This document shows positions 23,908 to 35,400 of a stretch of DNA of 64,000 bases, one piece after another. A model generated the notes under the pieces. The model had not been told where the DNA came from. It ran no database searches and saw nothing but the letters and a program-made list of their open reading frames with translations. The stretch comes from Cycas panzhihuaensis. Taxonomy: Eukaryota > Plantae > Cycadophyta. Every line of letters begins with the position of its first letter. Positions within the stretch are counted from its first letter, which is position 1. The stretch lies in NCBI GenBank assembly GCA_023213395.1, contig CM041465.1:175467741-175531740 (forward strand), written 5' to 3'. The translations under genes were made by a program, and so were the position numbers.

Positions 23908-23933
<26 letters not shown>
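23626..23933 (+). mobile_element. tRNA-derived SINE with poly(A) tail and 18-19 bp TSD
   Basis: TSD AAATAACAACATAGATTT at 23608-23625 and 23934-23951. tRNA-like head with A-box-like GGCTGGGTGGATTGG and B-box GGTTCAAAACC. GC-rich body, 3' hairpin CTAGAGG-TTCT-CCTCTAG, pure A run at 23908-23936. Confidence 0.93.
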
Positions 23934-23938
<5 letters not shown>

Positions 23939-24391
23939 ACAACATAGATTTGGCAAGTTGCCCAAATAAATATTAACCCATATTAAATAATAATAAAGAA
24001 TATGTATTAATGAATTAGGGCTTCTCTATTTATATAGGCACCCTTTTAAAATACCAACATAATAACACTATTAATTAATTAAAATACCAACTTCCCTCAA
24101 TTAATTTTAAAAATATTGCACACGGAATCAATATGTCAGACAACATTAAATGCAGAAGCCATAACTCCTGCCTCCTGATGCTTAAAAAAAACGAGGACGA
24201 TGCTATGAAACAGAAAGCAATCTCGGCAAGAGTCTTCCCTTGCCGGCTATCGTTCCAGCTTTAACCACTTCTTTTATGGCTCGCATGTTAAGCTGTGTGT
24301 TTGCGGAAGATTTAACAATACTAGAAAATAGCATAGATAATATAATATTGACCTTAGAACTAATCAAAAAAGTGGATCAAATAACTGATAC

Positions 24392-24863
24392 CCGGCTGTT
24401 GTTCCCCGCGAGGCCACAAGAAGTCGACCTTTGTGGAAAGACATGCGCCAGATGCAATAGCGAAGGCAGTAATTGCCACGTGCGTTAATACAGAAGTTAC
24501 ACCAGTGTGAGAAGAAGCACCCGATATAGAAGATGTAACGGCAATCGCAGTCCCTGCCGCAATCACTGACTTAACAGATGCAACGGACAACCTCTGCACT
24601 ATCTGTTCCAAAACGCCTCTAACTCCAACCCTATTTCTTATCCAACAATCATTTTGGCGCGGCCTCCAAAACAAGCCTTGAATGAACGAATTATGCTTTA
24701 GCGGTTTCGAAAATTGAAGCGGCGTGGGATTCACGCGTATAAAGCGATGCTTTGCAGGCGAACAAGGTGTCCGAATTGCAGCCAGTAAAACCGTTTTCCC
24801 TCTCGCCATTTCCAGCTGAGCAACCGTTGGTATCGGTGCACTCAATCTGTTGCCGACCGACAT
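24392..24863 (-). CDS. RSH: First coding exon of a plastid-targeted RelA/SpoT homologue ((p)ppGpp synthetase/hydrolase family); ATG at 24863 or 24809
   Basis: Transit-peptide-like N-terminus, then VTSVLTHVAITAFAIASGACLSTKVDFLWPRGEQQP-G, which I recall as the conserved segment just before the HD domain in one land-plant RSH clade. The frame ends at a phase-1 donor G|GTATCA (24392/24391). CpG-rich island. The catalytic domains are outside the window, so the product call rests on motif recall. Confidence 0.75.
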
Positions 24864-24989
24864 CGTACAGCTCTGCTTCCGATGCCTCAATTTCCACCTA
24901 AAATTTCTCTCTGATATCTTCAATTGGCCCTCCCATGGCCAACACGGGTAACCACTCAGCACCGTAGATGGATTTCCATCTCACAAAAG

Positions 24990-25700
24990 GTGAATTCCGG
25001 ATATTTACTACTTCAAAATTTACTCCCGCTTTAATCAATGCTCCGTATGACTTCACTTAGTGAACAAAGGGCCTGAATTGCCTGCCTATCTGGGCTTAAA
25101 CTGCCTTTCATACATTACGGACCTGATTATGAGGATTCCCCGATGAAATACGGGCCTTGAAAATATAATCTTTTCTATTTAACTGGAAAAAAACAATCAC
25201 TCAGCTGAAGTTCAAGAATCTCGACCACCAGCATAAATCTGTAAATATTAAAGGGCACTGGGGCAACACTAGATTGCACCCTGCGCCCTGTAAATGACCG
25301 ACGGAGCGCGATATTGCTGGTGTGATGAGATGTGGTTTGCCGAGATGCCAGGCGAACAAGCTGAAATTCGATTCGATGAAATTCGTCGAAAATGATTTAA
25401 AGTTAATATGAGATGGATCTAAATTAAATTAAGCTAATCTGGACCGTCCGATCATAAATCATAAATACGTGTACATCCAAAGAGATGAATCGACAGTGCA
25501 TTAATGGTTAAAATGTGCGGACAGGGTGCAACAATCGTAGGAATAGATGTCTGATCTATATATCCTACAAGCGTGCCACTTTCCCCCACCCTAAGCCAAA
25601 AACCAAACAGGTAAGGCAAATGGCAGGACTGTTTCCCCAAGACAGGGAGATTGTGGGTTCCACACCTGGAAATGGATGATATACGAAACCATTAAAATAA
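24990..25700 (-). promoter_or_regulatory. Probable promoter region of the RSH gene
   Basis: Non-repetitive, CpG-retaining sequence directly upstream of exon 1, with GGGCC/TGGGCT site II-like motifs at ~25069-25160. Confidence 0.45.
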
Positions 25701-26427
25701 AACAATTTTGTGGTCCTCGTTTCGTCATATTACGTAGCAAAAGAAGCATACGTATTTATCTTAGGTATGTCGAAGCAAAATTTCTGACAAAAACATTTAG
25801 AGAGGATATAATTTTTGATGTAATATTTTAACATAAAAATTTGAAAATTTTATGTAAAATAAAGTATTGAAATATTTTTAAGTATATGATAATGTAAAAG
25901 ATGAAAGAATAGAATTGAGAGCGTGTAATAAAATGGTTTATTAAAGTGTATATTTTGAATAATATGAATATAAAGAAAATGTTTTGTAATTTATGTCAAA
26001 ATATTAAAAAAATGTGGAAATGTTATTTAAGTATTAACTAATTAAAATATATACATTTATATTAACTTGTCTTAATATACATTGATGTTATAAGTGTAAT
26101 ATATTTATAATTATCATATCAATTAGCCATATATGACTTTAAAAAAGAGAGAGAAAGACATTACTTAATCAAATCTCTCTCTCTCTCTCTCTCTCACACA
26201 CAAATTATTTAAAAGTGTATGTGTTAATAAATAATGAAAAATAAGAATAGAAATATATAACAAATGTATTAGTTATTAAGTTTTTCAAAGACTAATCAAA
26301 TTTAGTATTTTATGTTTTCTAATTTTACATTAATGAAACAAAATTGTTATAATAAAATATATTTAATTCAATAAAGATTTGAAATTAAAAGTTAAAATTT
26401 TATAAAGGTAAAATCTAATAATGAAAT

Positions 26428-29400
26428 TGTGAATTTACGATAAAAAAAGAAATAAGTATGAATATATTAAAAAATAAAAATGAGGTAAAATTAATTTATT
26501 ATTATCTATTTCCATTCATTAAGAATGAATCTCTCTTATACAATGTATATAATACAACCTTTAATATACACACATGATCAATAAGGTTCAAAATAGAACT
26601 CATAACTACCCTAACATATATAATAGGCTTATTGAAGACTTTCATAATTTCCATGACATTTGTTATCAACTTTGATGACTCATCACTAATTTGTTCATAT
26701 ATGAATATTAATTTTAATATTCTCCTTTAATATTTATATGATCAACTGAATTTATCATATTAGCATGTTGGTAAAGTACATCGCCTTATCTTCGATATTT
26801 ACTTTATCTTTATCTTATTGAACTAAGCTTACTCAATGGTCTTTAAGTACCATTTAAAAATTTTGATAACTAGAGTGATCTCAGGTTGCATTTTTAGTTG
26901 TGTTTCTTGAGTATCTTCAAATTTCTCCTCTTCAATTTTTTCCTCTTTTGGCTCAAATTTTTGCTTAACAATTTGCTAACTCGAACAACTGGATTCAGAT
27001 TATTCTTTGATCTACTTTTTTCTATCTTAAAAATTTTTAGGGTATCTAGGACTTGTTCTATAATCTGCTTATTAGTTTTTTTAAAGATGACATTTGTAAC
27101 ATCTTCAAAGATAGCATCCTAAGTTATACAAACCTTTCTAGTTATCAACTCGTATATATAGTGCACTTTATTCTCTTTGTTGTACCCAATGAGGATGTCT
27201 TTTGAGCTTTTATCATTAAGTTTTTTATGTTTCTCTTTGGAAATATGAATATATGCCATGCTTCCAAAAATTCTAAGATGACTAACTATAGGTTTATGTC
27301 CTCACCATACTTCTTTAGGTGTTTTATTCTTCACTACTTTTATAATGCTCATATTAATCAAGTATGATATTATACACACAACTTCTACCCAAAAGATGCT
27401 TGAGAGGTTCTTTACTTTCATTATCAACTTGGCTTTTTTAACAATCATCTTATTTATCCTCTTATATATACCATTCTACTGAGGAGTATACACGATCATC
27501 AATTGCTTTATATTATGGTCCTTGTAAAACTAGATAAAGGCACTAGAGGTAAATTCTCCCCTATTATCTAACTTCAGCATCTTAATTCTTTGTATGCTTT
27601 CATTCTCCATTTTTACTTTAAATTCTATAAACATCTTAAATGCATAAGATTTCTCCTTTAAAGGATAAATCCAAATTTTCTTAAAATAATCATCAATAAA
27701 GGTTTAGAGATATTTTATATCTCCAAGCGAAGTGGCTAGTATAAGACTATAAATATCTGAGTATACAAAGCTTAGTTTCTTAGTTGCCTTACCTTTTGAA
27801 AATCGTTCTCTATGTTGCTTTCCATTAATATGGGGATCACAAATACCCTTGTCTACCTTAAACTTTGGAAGACCATGTACCATATTTAACATTTCATTAA
27901 TTGAAGGCCACAGAAATGTAAATGTCCTAATCTTTAATGCCATAGTTGAATCTTGTTTGATATGCCTATAGTCAAATATGCTCTTTAATTTACAAACTTA
28001 CCTAAAAGCTTATAAAGATAATTTTCTCTTAAGAGCCTATAAAGACAAATTTCTCTTACATCTTCCACAATCATTTTTCCTTCACGATTGCTAATAACTA
28101 CCTTCCTATTCTTAAAGAGAACACTCATTTAATTGTCCTCTATTTGACTAATAGAAATTAGATTCTTCTTTAATCTAAACACGCATAAAACATTCTCTAT
28201 ATAATAATCATCATAGTATGGAGTTATAATTAAAACCTCTCATATGCTTTTAATAGTTAAATTTTTATTGTCTCTTAGAGATAAAGTATATCTTGTTACT
28301 TCCACATATGCTTTAACCAATCAAGCATGCCTGTCATATATCTGGAAGCACCTAAATCTATATACCAGACATCACTATACTCTTGATGATATGTTGCTAT
28401 ATTATATTGATGAGTTATAATTGAAAAGGGTTAATATCACAGGGTCATTACATTAGTTGATTATTTCAAAAAAGGGTCTTAAGTGAACTTTAAATTAGAT
28501 CACTTAAGTGAAATGTATTTTCATGTGCATTAGGTGTAATTTCATTTCACCTAACTCTAATGCTCCCTCTCTCAATATAAAAGTAAAAGCTCAATGGAGG
28601 AGATTCATTCTCACCTCCCTATTTTGTGAGAGCTATTTTCTTTCTCTCAAGTCTCTCTTGCTCCCATGATTACCTTTGTGTTTAGTGCATAGAGATGAAG
28701 GATAGATCCACTCTTTTCATGTGGTATCAGATCTTGCTTCCTTCATATTCCTCACTTACACTTTCAATGAAGCCATCACTTCCTTCTCCCCCATAATCCA
28801 TGTGGTGAAGGAGATTATGAAAGTGAATTTAGAAATATTTTCAAGTTATTATAATAGTATATTTTGTATTATTTACTTTTCCTTTCTCTTTTGTAGGTTT
28901 GGAAGTATAATATAAGGAGTTGTAATGCCTAAGGATTCCAATTCTTTGGTGGCCATTCATGTTATCTCATTCTTCTTTTTCTTTCCCCTCTTTTTATCCA
29001 TTTAATAAGGGGAAATGCTGCAAAAAAATTTCATCATTTAGAAGATTGATTGTAAGGGGAGGTTTTACCCATTTTTTTAAAGAATTTCAAGCCATTTAAA
29101 ATATCCATCATTGTATGCTCTCACCTTGCCCATATTGGGATCCTAGTGATAAAAAAATGATGGAAATTCTATATGGTATCATGTGTTAATGAGATATTAG
29201 CAAGCTGAAATTTTTGTAAAAATATAATTTGATTGATGAACTTCACAGGTCTGCAAAATCTTCTACAGAGCTCTAATTAAAGTGATTCCAATTGTAAAAA
29301 ATGAGGCTCTGAGTCTAATTTCCAGCAAAAAAATTGGCACCCAATTTGGATGTCGTATGAGGAAGTTATTGCTAGTTTAGTGAACAACAGTTATTTTTAG

Positions 29401-32400
29401 TAAGAATTCTAGAAAAAAATAATTTCCTAACTTTGTGGGGCTACCAAAAACTTTCTAGAACTCATTTGGACCTGATTTCACTTCTTAAAGATGAAGCTCT
29501 GAGTCTAGTTTGCAGCACAAAAATTGGCACTCCACTTTGAAATCATGGGAGAAAGTTATTGTTGATTTAGTGAAGATTACTTTCTTTTGTATTAACAAAA
29601 AAAAAAAAGTGAAGAAAATTTCTTCCTTCTTTTTATAATGCTTAAAAGCCCCTTGTAAAAGTGAGAGAAAAACACCTTGATCAGAGCAATATCTGGTGTC
29701 CTCACTCACTTATTAACATTACATTTTAGCACTCTAAAATCACTCAAAGTAAGCACTCTAAAGACACTTCAAGTAAGCACTCCAAGCAAGCACTCCAAAA
29801 GCATTCCAAGCAAGCATTCTATTTTCAGTTAAATATACGTTTAATGCAATTCGATAGTCTTTTCACTCTTCCTAAAGGGAACGTATCACATACACTATTT
29901 TTTTCCATCTTGTACCTATTCACATACTCGCCAAGGTTGAGATACCTTGGTTAGCAGAATACCGTGCCATAAAGAAGGTGTGGGTTTCAAGTTGGGACTA
30001 GACTAAACCGGAATATTGGTGAGGTTTGGTTAGCCATACCATCGTGCCTCAATTAGGGATCATCCTGATAACCAACTAGGAAAACTGAAACTTTAATATA
30101 AGATTAAAATTTACCTGATCTTATATCCGTCATAGCCATGGGTATGCACATACCACTCTTTAGAGGAGGTATATAACTGTTCATTGGTGAATTGGGTGAG
30201 GATTGGGAGTACCCGGGCTCCGTTGTGACTTGGATTTCATCACGAAGTACAATTGTGGGTATCGCGGGTGAAGGCCAACTTAATTCTACTAGAAGCCTAG
30301 GCATCCCTTCAACAACCTCAACTACATGTTGGACACAAGTTAGAGGTTATTGGGTTGATTACGCATCCTACATTTGAGTTTCAAGTTGTGTAAACCCAAT
30401 GATGTCAGCTTCTACATTAGCCTATAATCTTGTATATTGATCACTTATTTATTTGTAAAAAGTGATCCATAGTGTAATCACAATCATAGTGCTTCTCATA
30501 TTTCTGCTACATCAGGTTAATATTTGCCACAAGTATTAGTGGCTAATTTTTATCATAGTGCTTCTCATATTCCTACTGCATCAGGTTAATACTTATCACA
30601 AGTGTTGGTGACTTTTCTCTAAGTTGCTCCCTTCATCTTTGAGCAACCATTCTCACTTCTTCTTCCTTTTGCTACACTACTTCATTATATTTGCCATTTG
30701 TAAATAGTGATTGGTCATTTATTGCCATCACATTTTTAGTCCCTTATTCATTTCTTCCCTTTTAGAAAGACACCATGTCTTCACAGTTCAAGCAAAATGT
30801 GAACTACATTCTAAAAAGGAAAGAAAATTGGGACATGTGGTTCACTAGTGTTAGAAATGCTGCAAAGTATGAAGGTCTATAAAGAGATCACTTGCAACCT
30901 ACACCATCTGTTGTAGCTACAACTACCTCAACTACTTTTAGAGGAGGTGCTCCAACTACTCCCACTGAAGCTGCAGCTGAACGCTAATGGGAACTTGATG
31001 ATGATAAAATCCGTGTAGGGATACTGCTTGTCACTGATTATTCCCTACATAATCTCATTGATGAAGTTATACATGATACAACATGGAAAGTTCTTGAAGT
31101 TGTTAAGAAGAACTTTGACACTAAATCAGACTTCGAATTTATTCACTTAATGCCGAAGATAAACAAATTGAAAATGTAGAAAGGACACGCAAGTAAGACA
31201 ATCAATCTCCTTCGTCCAATCAAGCAAGCCATTGATAAGGATTTTAAAACTTAATGCATTACATAGGCTTTCTTGATTCAATCATGTCTCCATATCCCAG
31301 ATTACAAAAATCTATTAGGAAGTCTTCAATCTAGTGGTACTTTGGAGACCCTAAACTTTGAGGATTTTGCTGATAAGTTCATTAAATTCGATAAGACCTT
31401 TGATACCAACTTTGCCACTATATCAGATCCAGTTGATGCTACTTTTGAAATGGAAAAAGAACTTTGTTATACCAAAAATCAAGGTCAATACTCTCGTAGA
31501 GGTAGTAATTCCCGTGGAAGAGGAAGAGGTAGACAATAAGGACAATGCCCTCTTAGTCAACAGACTCCTCAACTCCAACAAAAATAGTACGCCAAAGCCA
31601 AAATAATCAACCTGGACTTAGATCCAATAATCAGAGACAATCCAACTAGCCCAATAGTTGGACTAGAAATCAAACAATTGTGTGCCAAAGGTGTAATAGA
31701 AAAGGACATTATGCCAAAAATTACAGAACTTCCACCAACAAACTACCAAGTTATCAACAGTGCCATGGTGCACATAATGTTGATAATGCTTCTTTTGAAG
31801 ATGCTTTTGGTGGAATGCAACTTGCTCATGCACACCTTCAAAGAATTAAGACCACTTCATCAAATGTTGTTGATAGATCCACTAAGTATATTGAGGCTCA
31901 TTATGGTTATGCTTATTCACTTTTTCCTTCACCACTTGGAGTTGTAAATAGTGCCACCTTAAATACTTCATTGTGGATCATGGATACTGGAGCAACACAA
32001 CACGTGACTTGTCATCGCTAGTTCTTTCAAGATTTTGACTCTGAAGTTCATGGCGTTGTACACATAGCTGACAAGTTATCTCAGCCAATCGAAGGACTTG
32101 GAACTATTTGCCTGAAACTCACAAGCCTTCCAGATTTTACACTTGTTGATGTTTTATATATTCTTGCTCTAAAGTAGAATCTGCTCTCCCTGTCCACCCT
32201 TATCTCTCATGGATTTGATCTGAGTGTAACTACAAACAATCAAACTCTCTGTGTCATTCACCCTCCTTCAAATGATGTGGTTATGACCAGAATTCTTGAT
32301 GGAAAACTTTTTCACCTAATTGGTTCACCATCCTCTAAAGCCAACTATGTTGATGATGACTCTACTTTTACCACAACCCTGACTCCTCAAAAGTTGTCCC

Positions 32401-35400
32401 AAGCAACCTTATAGCATGCTCGTATGGGCCATATCAAAATTGATCGTTTAAGAGAACTACAAGCCACTCTTCCTGGTTTTCCTAGGCTCTCCTATAAGCC
32501 CTTTAAATGTGAAGCATGTATTATTGTCAAATCTCAAAGACAACCCTTTTCTCATAGTCAGTAGAAATCTAGCCAACCTTTGCAACTTGTACACTAAGAT
32601 ATATGTGGTCTTATGCCCATCCCTTCTTTCAAATAGAAGTGGTACTATATTACTTTCATTGATGATTTTACTAAGAAAGTATAGGTTGATTTTCTTGTAA
32701 AGAAAGATGAAGCTTTTTCTATGTTTCAAACTTTCAAGGGCCACGTGGAAAATGAATCTGGATTCAAGATCAAAATACTCAGGACTGACAATAATGGCGA
32801 GTATACATCCAATGAGTTTAAATCGTACCTACATCAACATGGAATCAAACATCAGACCACTATTGCAGGTACACCCCAGCAAAATGGAGTTGCCGAGCGC
32901 ATGAATAGGACCATCATGAATATGGCTCGTGCTATGCTAGTATATAAGAATGTCCCTATCTATCTTTGGGTTAAGGCTATCTGGACTGTTGTGTATTGCA
33001 TCAACACTGTTAGTCTCTCTAATTGGCCCCTCTCCACATGAAATGTGGTATGGACAAATCCCCTCTATCTCCCACTTCAGAATTTTTGGCTCTACTTGTT
33101 ATGGTCATATTCTGGAGGAACATAGAAATAAGCTCCAAGATAGAGCCATCAAAGTCATCTTTGTCCGATACCCTATAGACAATAAGGGATACAAGGTTTT
33201 CATACCTTCACAGCATAAAATCATCATCATTAGAGATGTTATCTTTGCAGAGACTAAAGATCAATTACTCTGACTTGACTCCAAGACGCCTTCATACCGA
33301 TTTAATGATATTACTGAATTTGATGTCCAGATTCTAAAATTTAGGGGGGCAGATGCTGAACAATTGCTCAAAATCTTGGAATTTGATAATAGAGCCTCGA
33401 AGGATACAAGCTGTGACTCCCAGCTAATGTGTACACATCCAACACCATCATTTGTGAACAGCTAAGTTGACAAAGGCAAAGCCATAGCAGAAGGATCATC
33501 TTCTCCAACATCATGGCTGGCCTATCTTCTCCAGCATTGTCAACTTCCTCTATGCCAAATATTTCACATGATCATTTCAGGATCAAAAGGTTGTTGAAAT
33601 AAAAACTTCATTCGCAACTCAAGGTTTTCATGAAGCCTACCAGCTACACAAGGACATGTGACCAGATGAGGTAGGCCAAACTGGCACTAGAATTGCCCAT
33701 AGAGCAAGGATGCATGAATCACTTTTTGTTGAGCTTAAACCAGTAGAACTATATCTTGCTCTTAATGAAGAGCCCCTAACATACCAAGAAGCTGTAAAGC
33801 ATGTAGTTTAGAAAAATGCCATGAACGAAGAGTACCAATATCTTATTAAGAATGGTACATGGGAGCTTGTTGATCTATGACTTGGAAGAAAGGTAGTTCA
33901 AAATAAATGGGTGTTCAAAAATAAGTATAGATCAGATGGCACCCTAGAAAAATAGAAGGCGAGGTCGGTAGCAAAAAGATTCACACAAAGTGAAGGCATC
34001 AACTACACTGAAATCTCTGCTCCTACAACCAAGTGGGCTACAATTAGAACTCTTATAACTTTGGCTACTCAACAGGGTTGGAAAGTCCACCAACTTGATG
34101 TTAAGACCGCATTTCTCAATGGGGACCTTAAAGAAGAAATTTTCATGGCTCAGCCAGAAGGATATGAGATTGTTAGTGAGGAGCATAAAGTTTGCAGGCT
34201 CAAAAAGTCCTTGTATGACATAAAGCAAGCCCTTCATGCTTGGTTTACCAAGTTGTCTAAAAGAATGAGGTAACTTGGATATGAGGTTTGTGACTATCAA
34301 GATATTGATGCAATATTATTTATCAAGTGCCAAAATGATAAAGTCACTTACCTCTTAATCTTTGTGGATGACATGCTAATAATAGGGAATAGTGAACAAG
34401 TAATCAGCCAGCTAAAAAAGGACCTTGCTAAAATTTTTGAATTGTCTAACCTCAGGTTGATGAAATATTACTTAGGAATTGAAGTAACTCAAAAGAATGG
34501 CAAAATCTTTCTCTCCTAAGAAAAATATATCAATGATCTTCTGACAAAGTTCCAGTTGGAAGGTGTTCGACTAGTGGATACACCTATGGAGCCTAATATT
34601 AAACTCTCAGTTGATGGTGATATTAGGGAGGCAGACGTAACACTCTACAGGCAACTTGTAGGTAGTCTCATCTATACTACTAACACAAGGCCAGATATTG
34701 CACACTCTGTTGGCATTCTTGCAAGATTCATGACAAATCCTAAGTAGAATCATTGACAAGCTGTAATACGAATGTTAAGGTACCTGAAGACGATTAACAA
34801 ATATGGTATGTTTTATGAACCCAATGCAGTTAAACTTTATGCATACATAAACTCAGACTTTGCCAGAGATAAAGACACAGGAAGATCTATGTTTGGGTAC
34901 ATAACATTTCTTGGAATAGCACCAATATCATGGAGATGTAGATGACAGAAGATAGTTGCAGACTCAACCACCGAAGCTGAGTACATTGCTGCTTCTAAAA
35001 TAAGTAAGGAGGTGATATGGCTTAGAAAATTGTTGAATACATTAAATGCCACCCAAACAAGTTATACTAGCTTACATGTAGATAATCAATCTACAACCCA
35101 GATGGCTAAAAATCCTATATTTCATGATCATCCCAAATATATAAGTACGAAAGTCCACAGGATTAAAGATCTAGTTCATGATGGCACAATTCAACTGGAG
35201 TACTGCCCCATCGCAGAATAAGTGGCTGATATCTTCACCAAACCACTTAAGAGGGTGAAGTTTGAATAATTCTGAAAGCAACTCAACATTAGGGCCTCCA
35301 TCTCTGACTAATTGAAGGAGGTGATAATAGGACCATCATACTCTGTCTCATTCGTAAAAACCCCTTATGGGCGTGGAAGGACAACATTAAGTCTCTACTC

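Larger units (their letters stand above)
15040..24145 (-). mobile_element. Truncated Ty1/Copia E5 (5' LTR 23521-24145, long leader, gag-protease); hosts E6 and the SINE
   Basis: PBS GCTCTAATACCA at 23507-23518; LTR TGTAGC...ACAACA with minus-strand TATA (CCTATATAAATAGAG). Gag FNGNNFDEWNTNMELILMVNQLW (15974-16183) and 15482-15955, zinc-knuckle relic YNYCKKEGHRENN, protease YWILDSRAQKHI (~15230-15270). Linking the LTR to the gag across E6 is inferred from the E6 TSD. Confidence 0.75.

Noticed and set aside
24864-24962. N-terminal extension and ISYLIHFFD tail of ORF 24360-24962
   Set aside because: The extension begins at a non-ATG codon (likely 5' UTR) and the tail is read-through past the GT donor at 24391.
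25252-25289. Imperfect inverted repeat upstream of the RSH exon as a MITE or miRNA hairpin
   Set aside because: Too short and mismatched, with no TSD or second copy in the window.
29728-29820. Short repeat arrays (also 13284-13450 and 40232-40385) as CRISPR-like
   Set aside because: Degenerate tandem units without unique spacers, inside plant retroelements; no cas genes.
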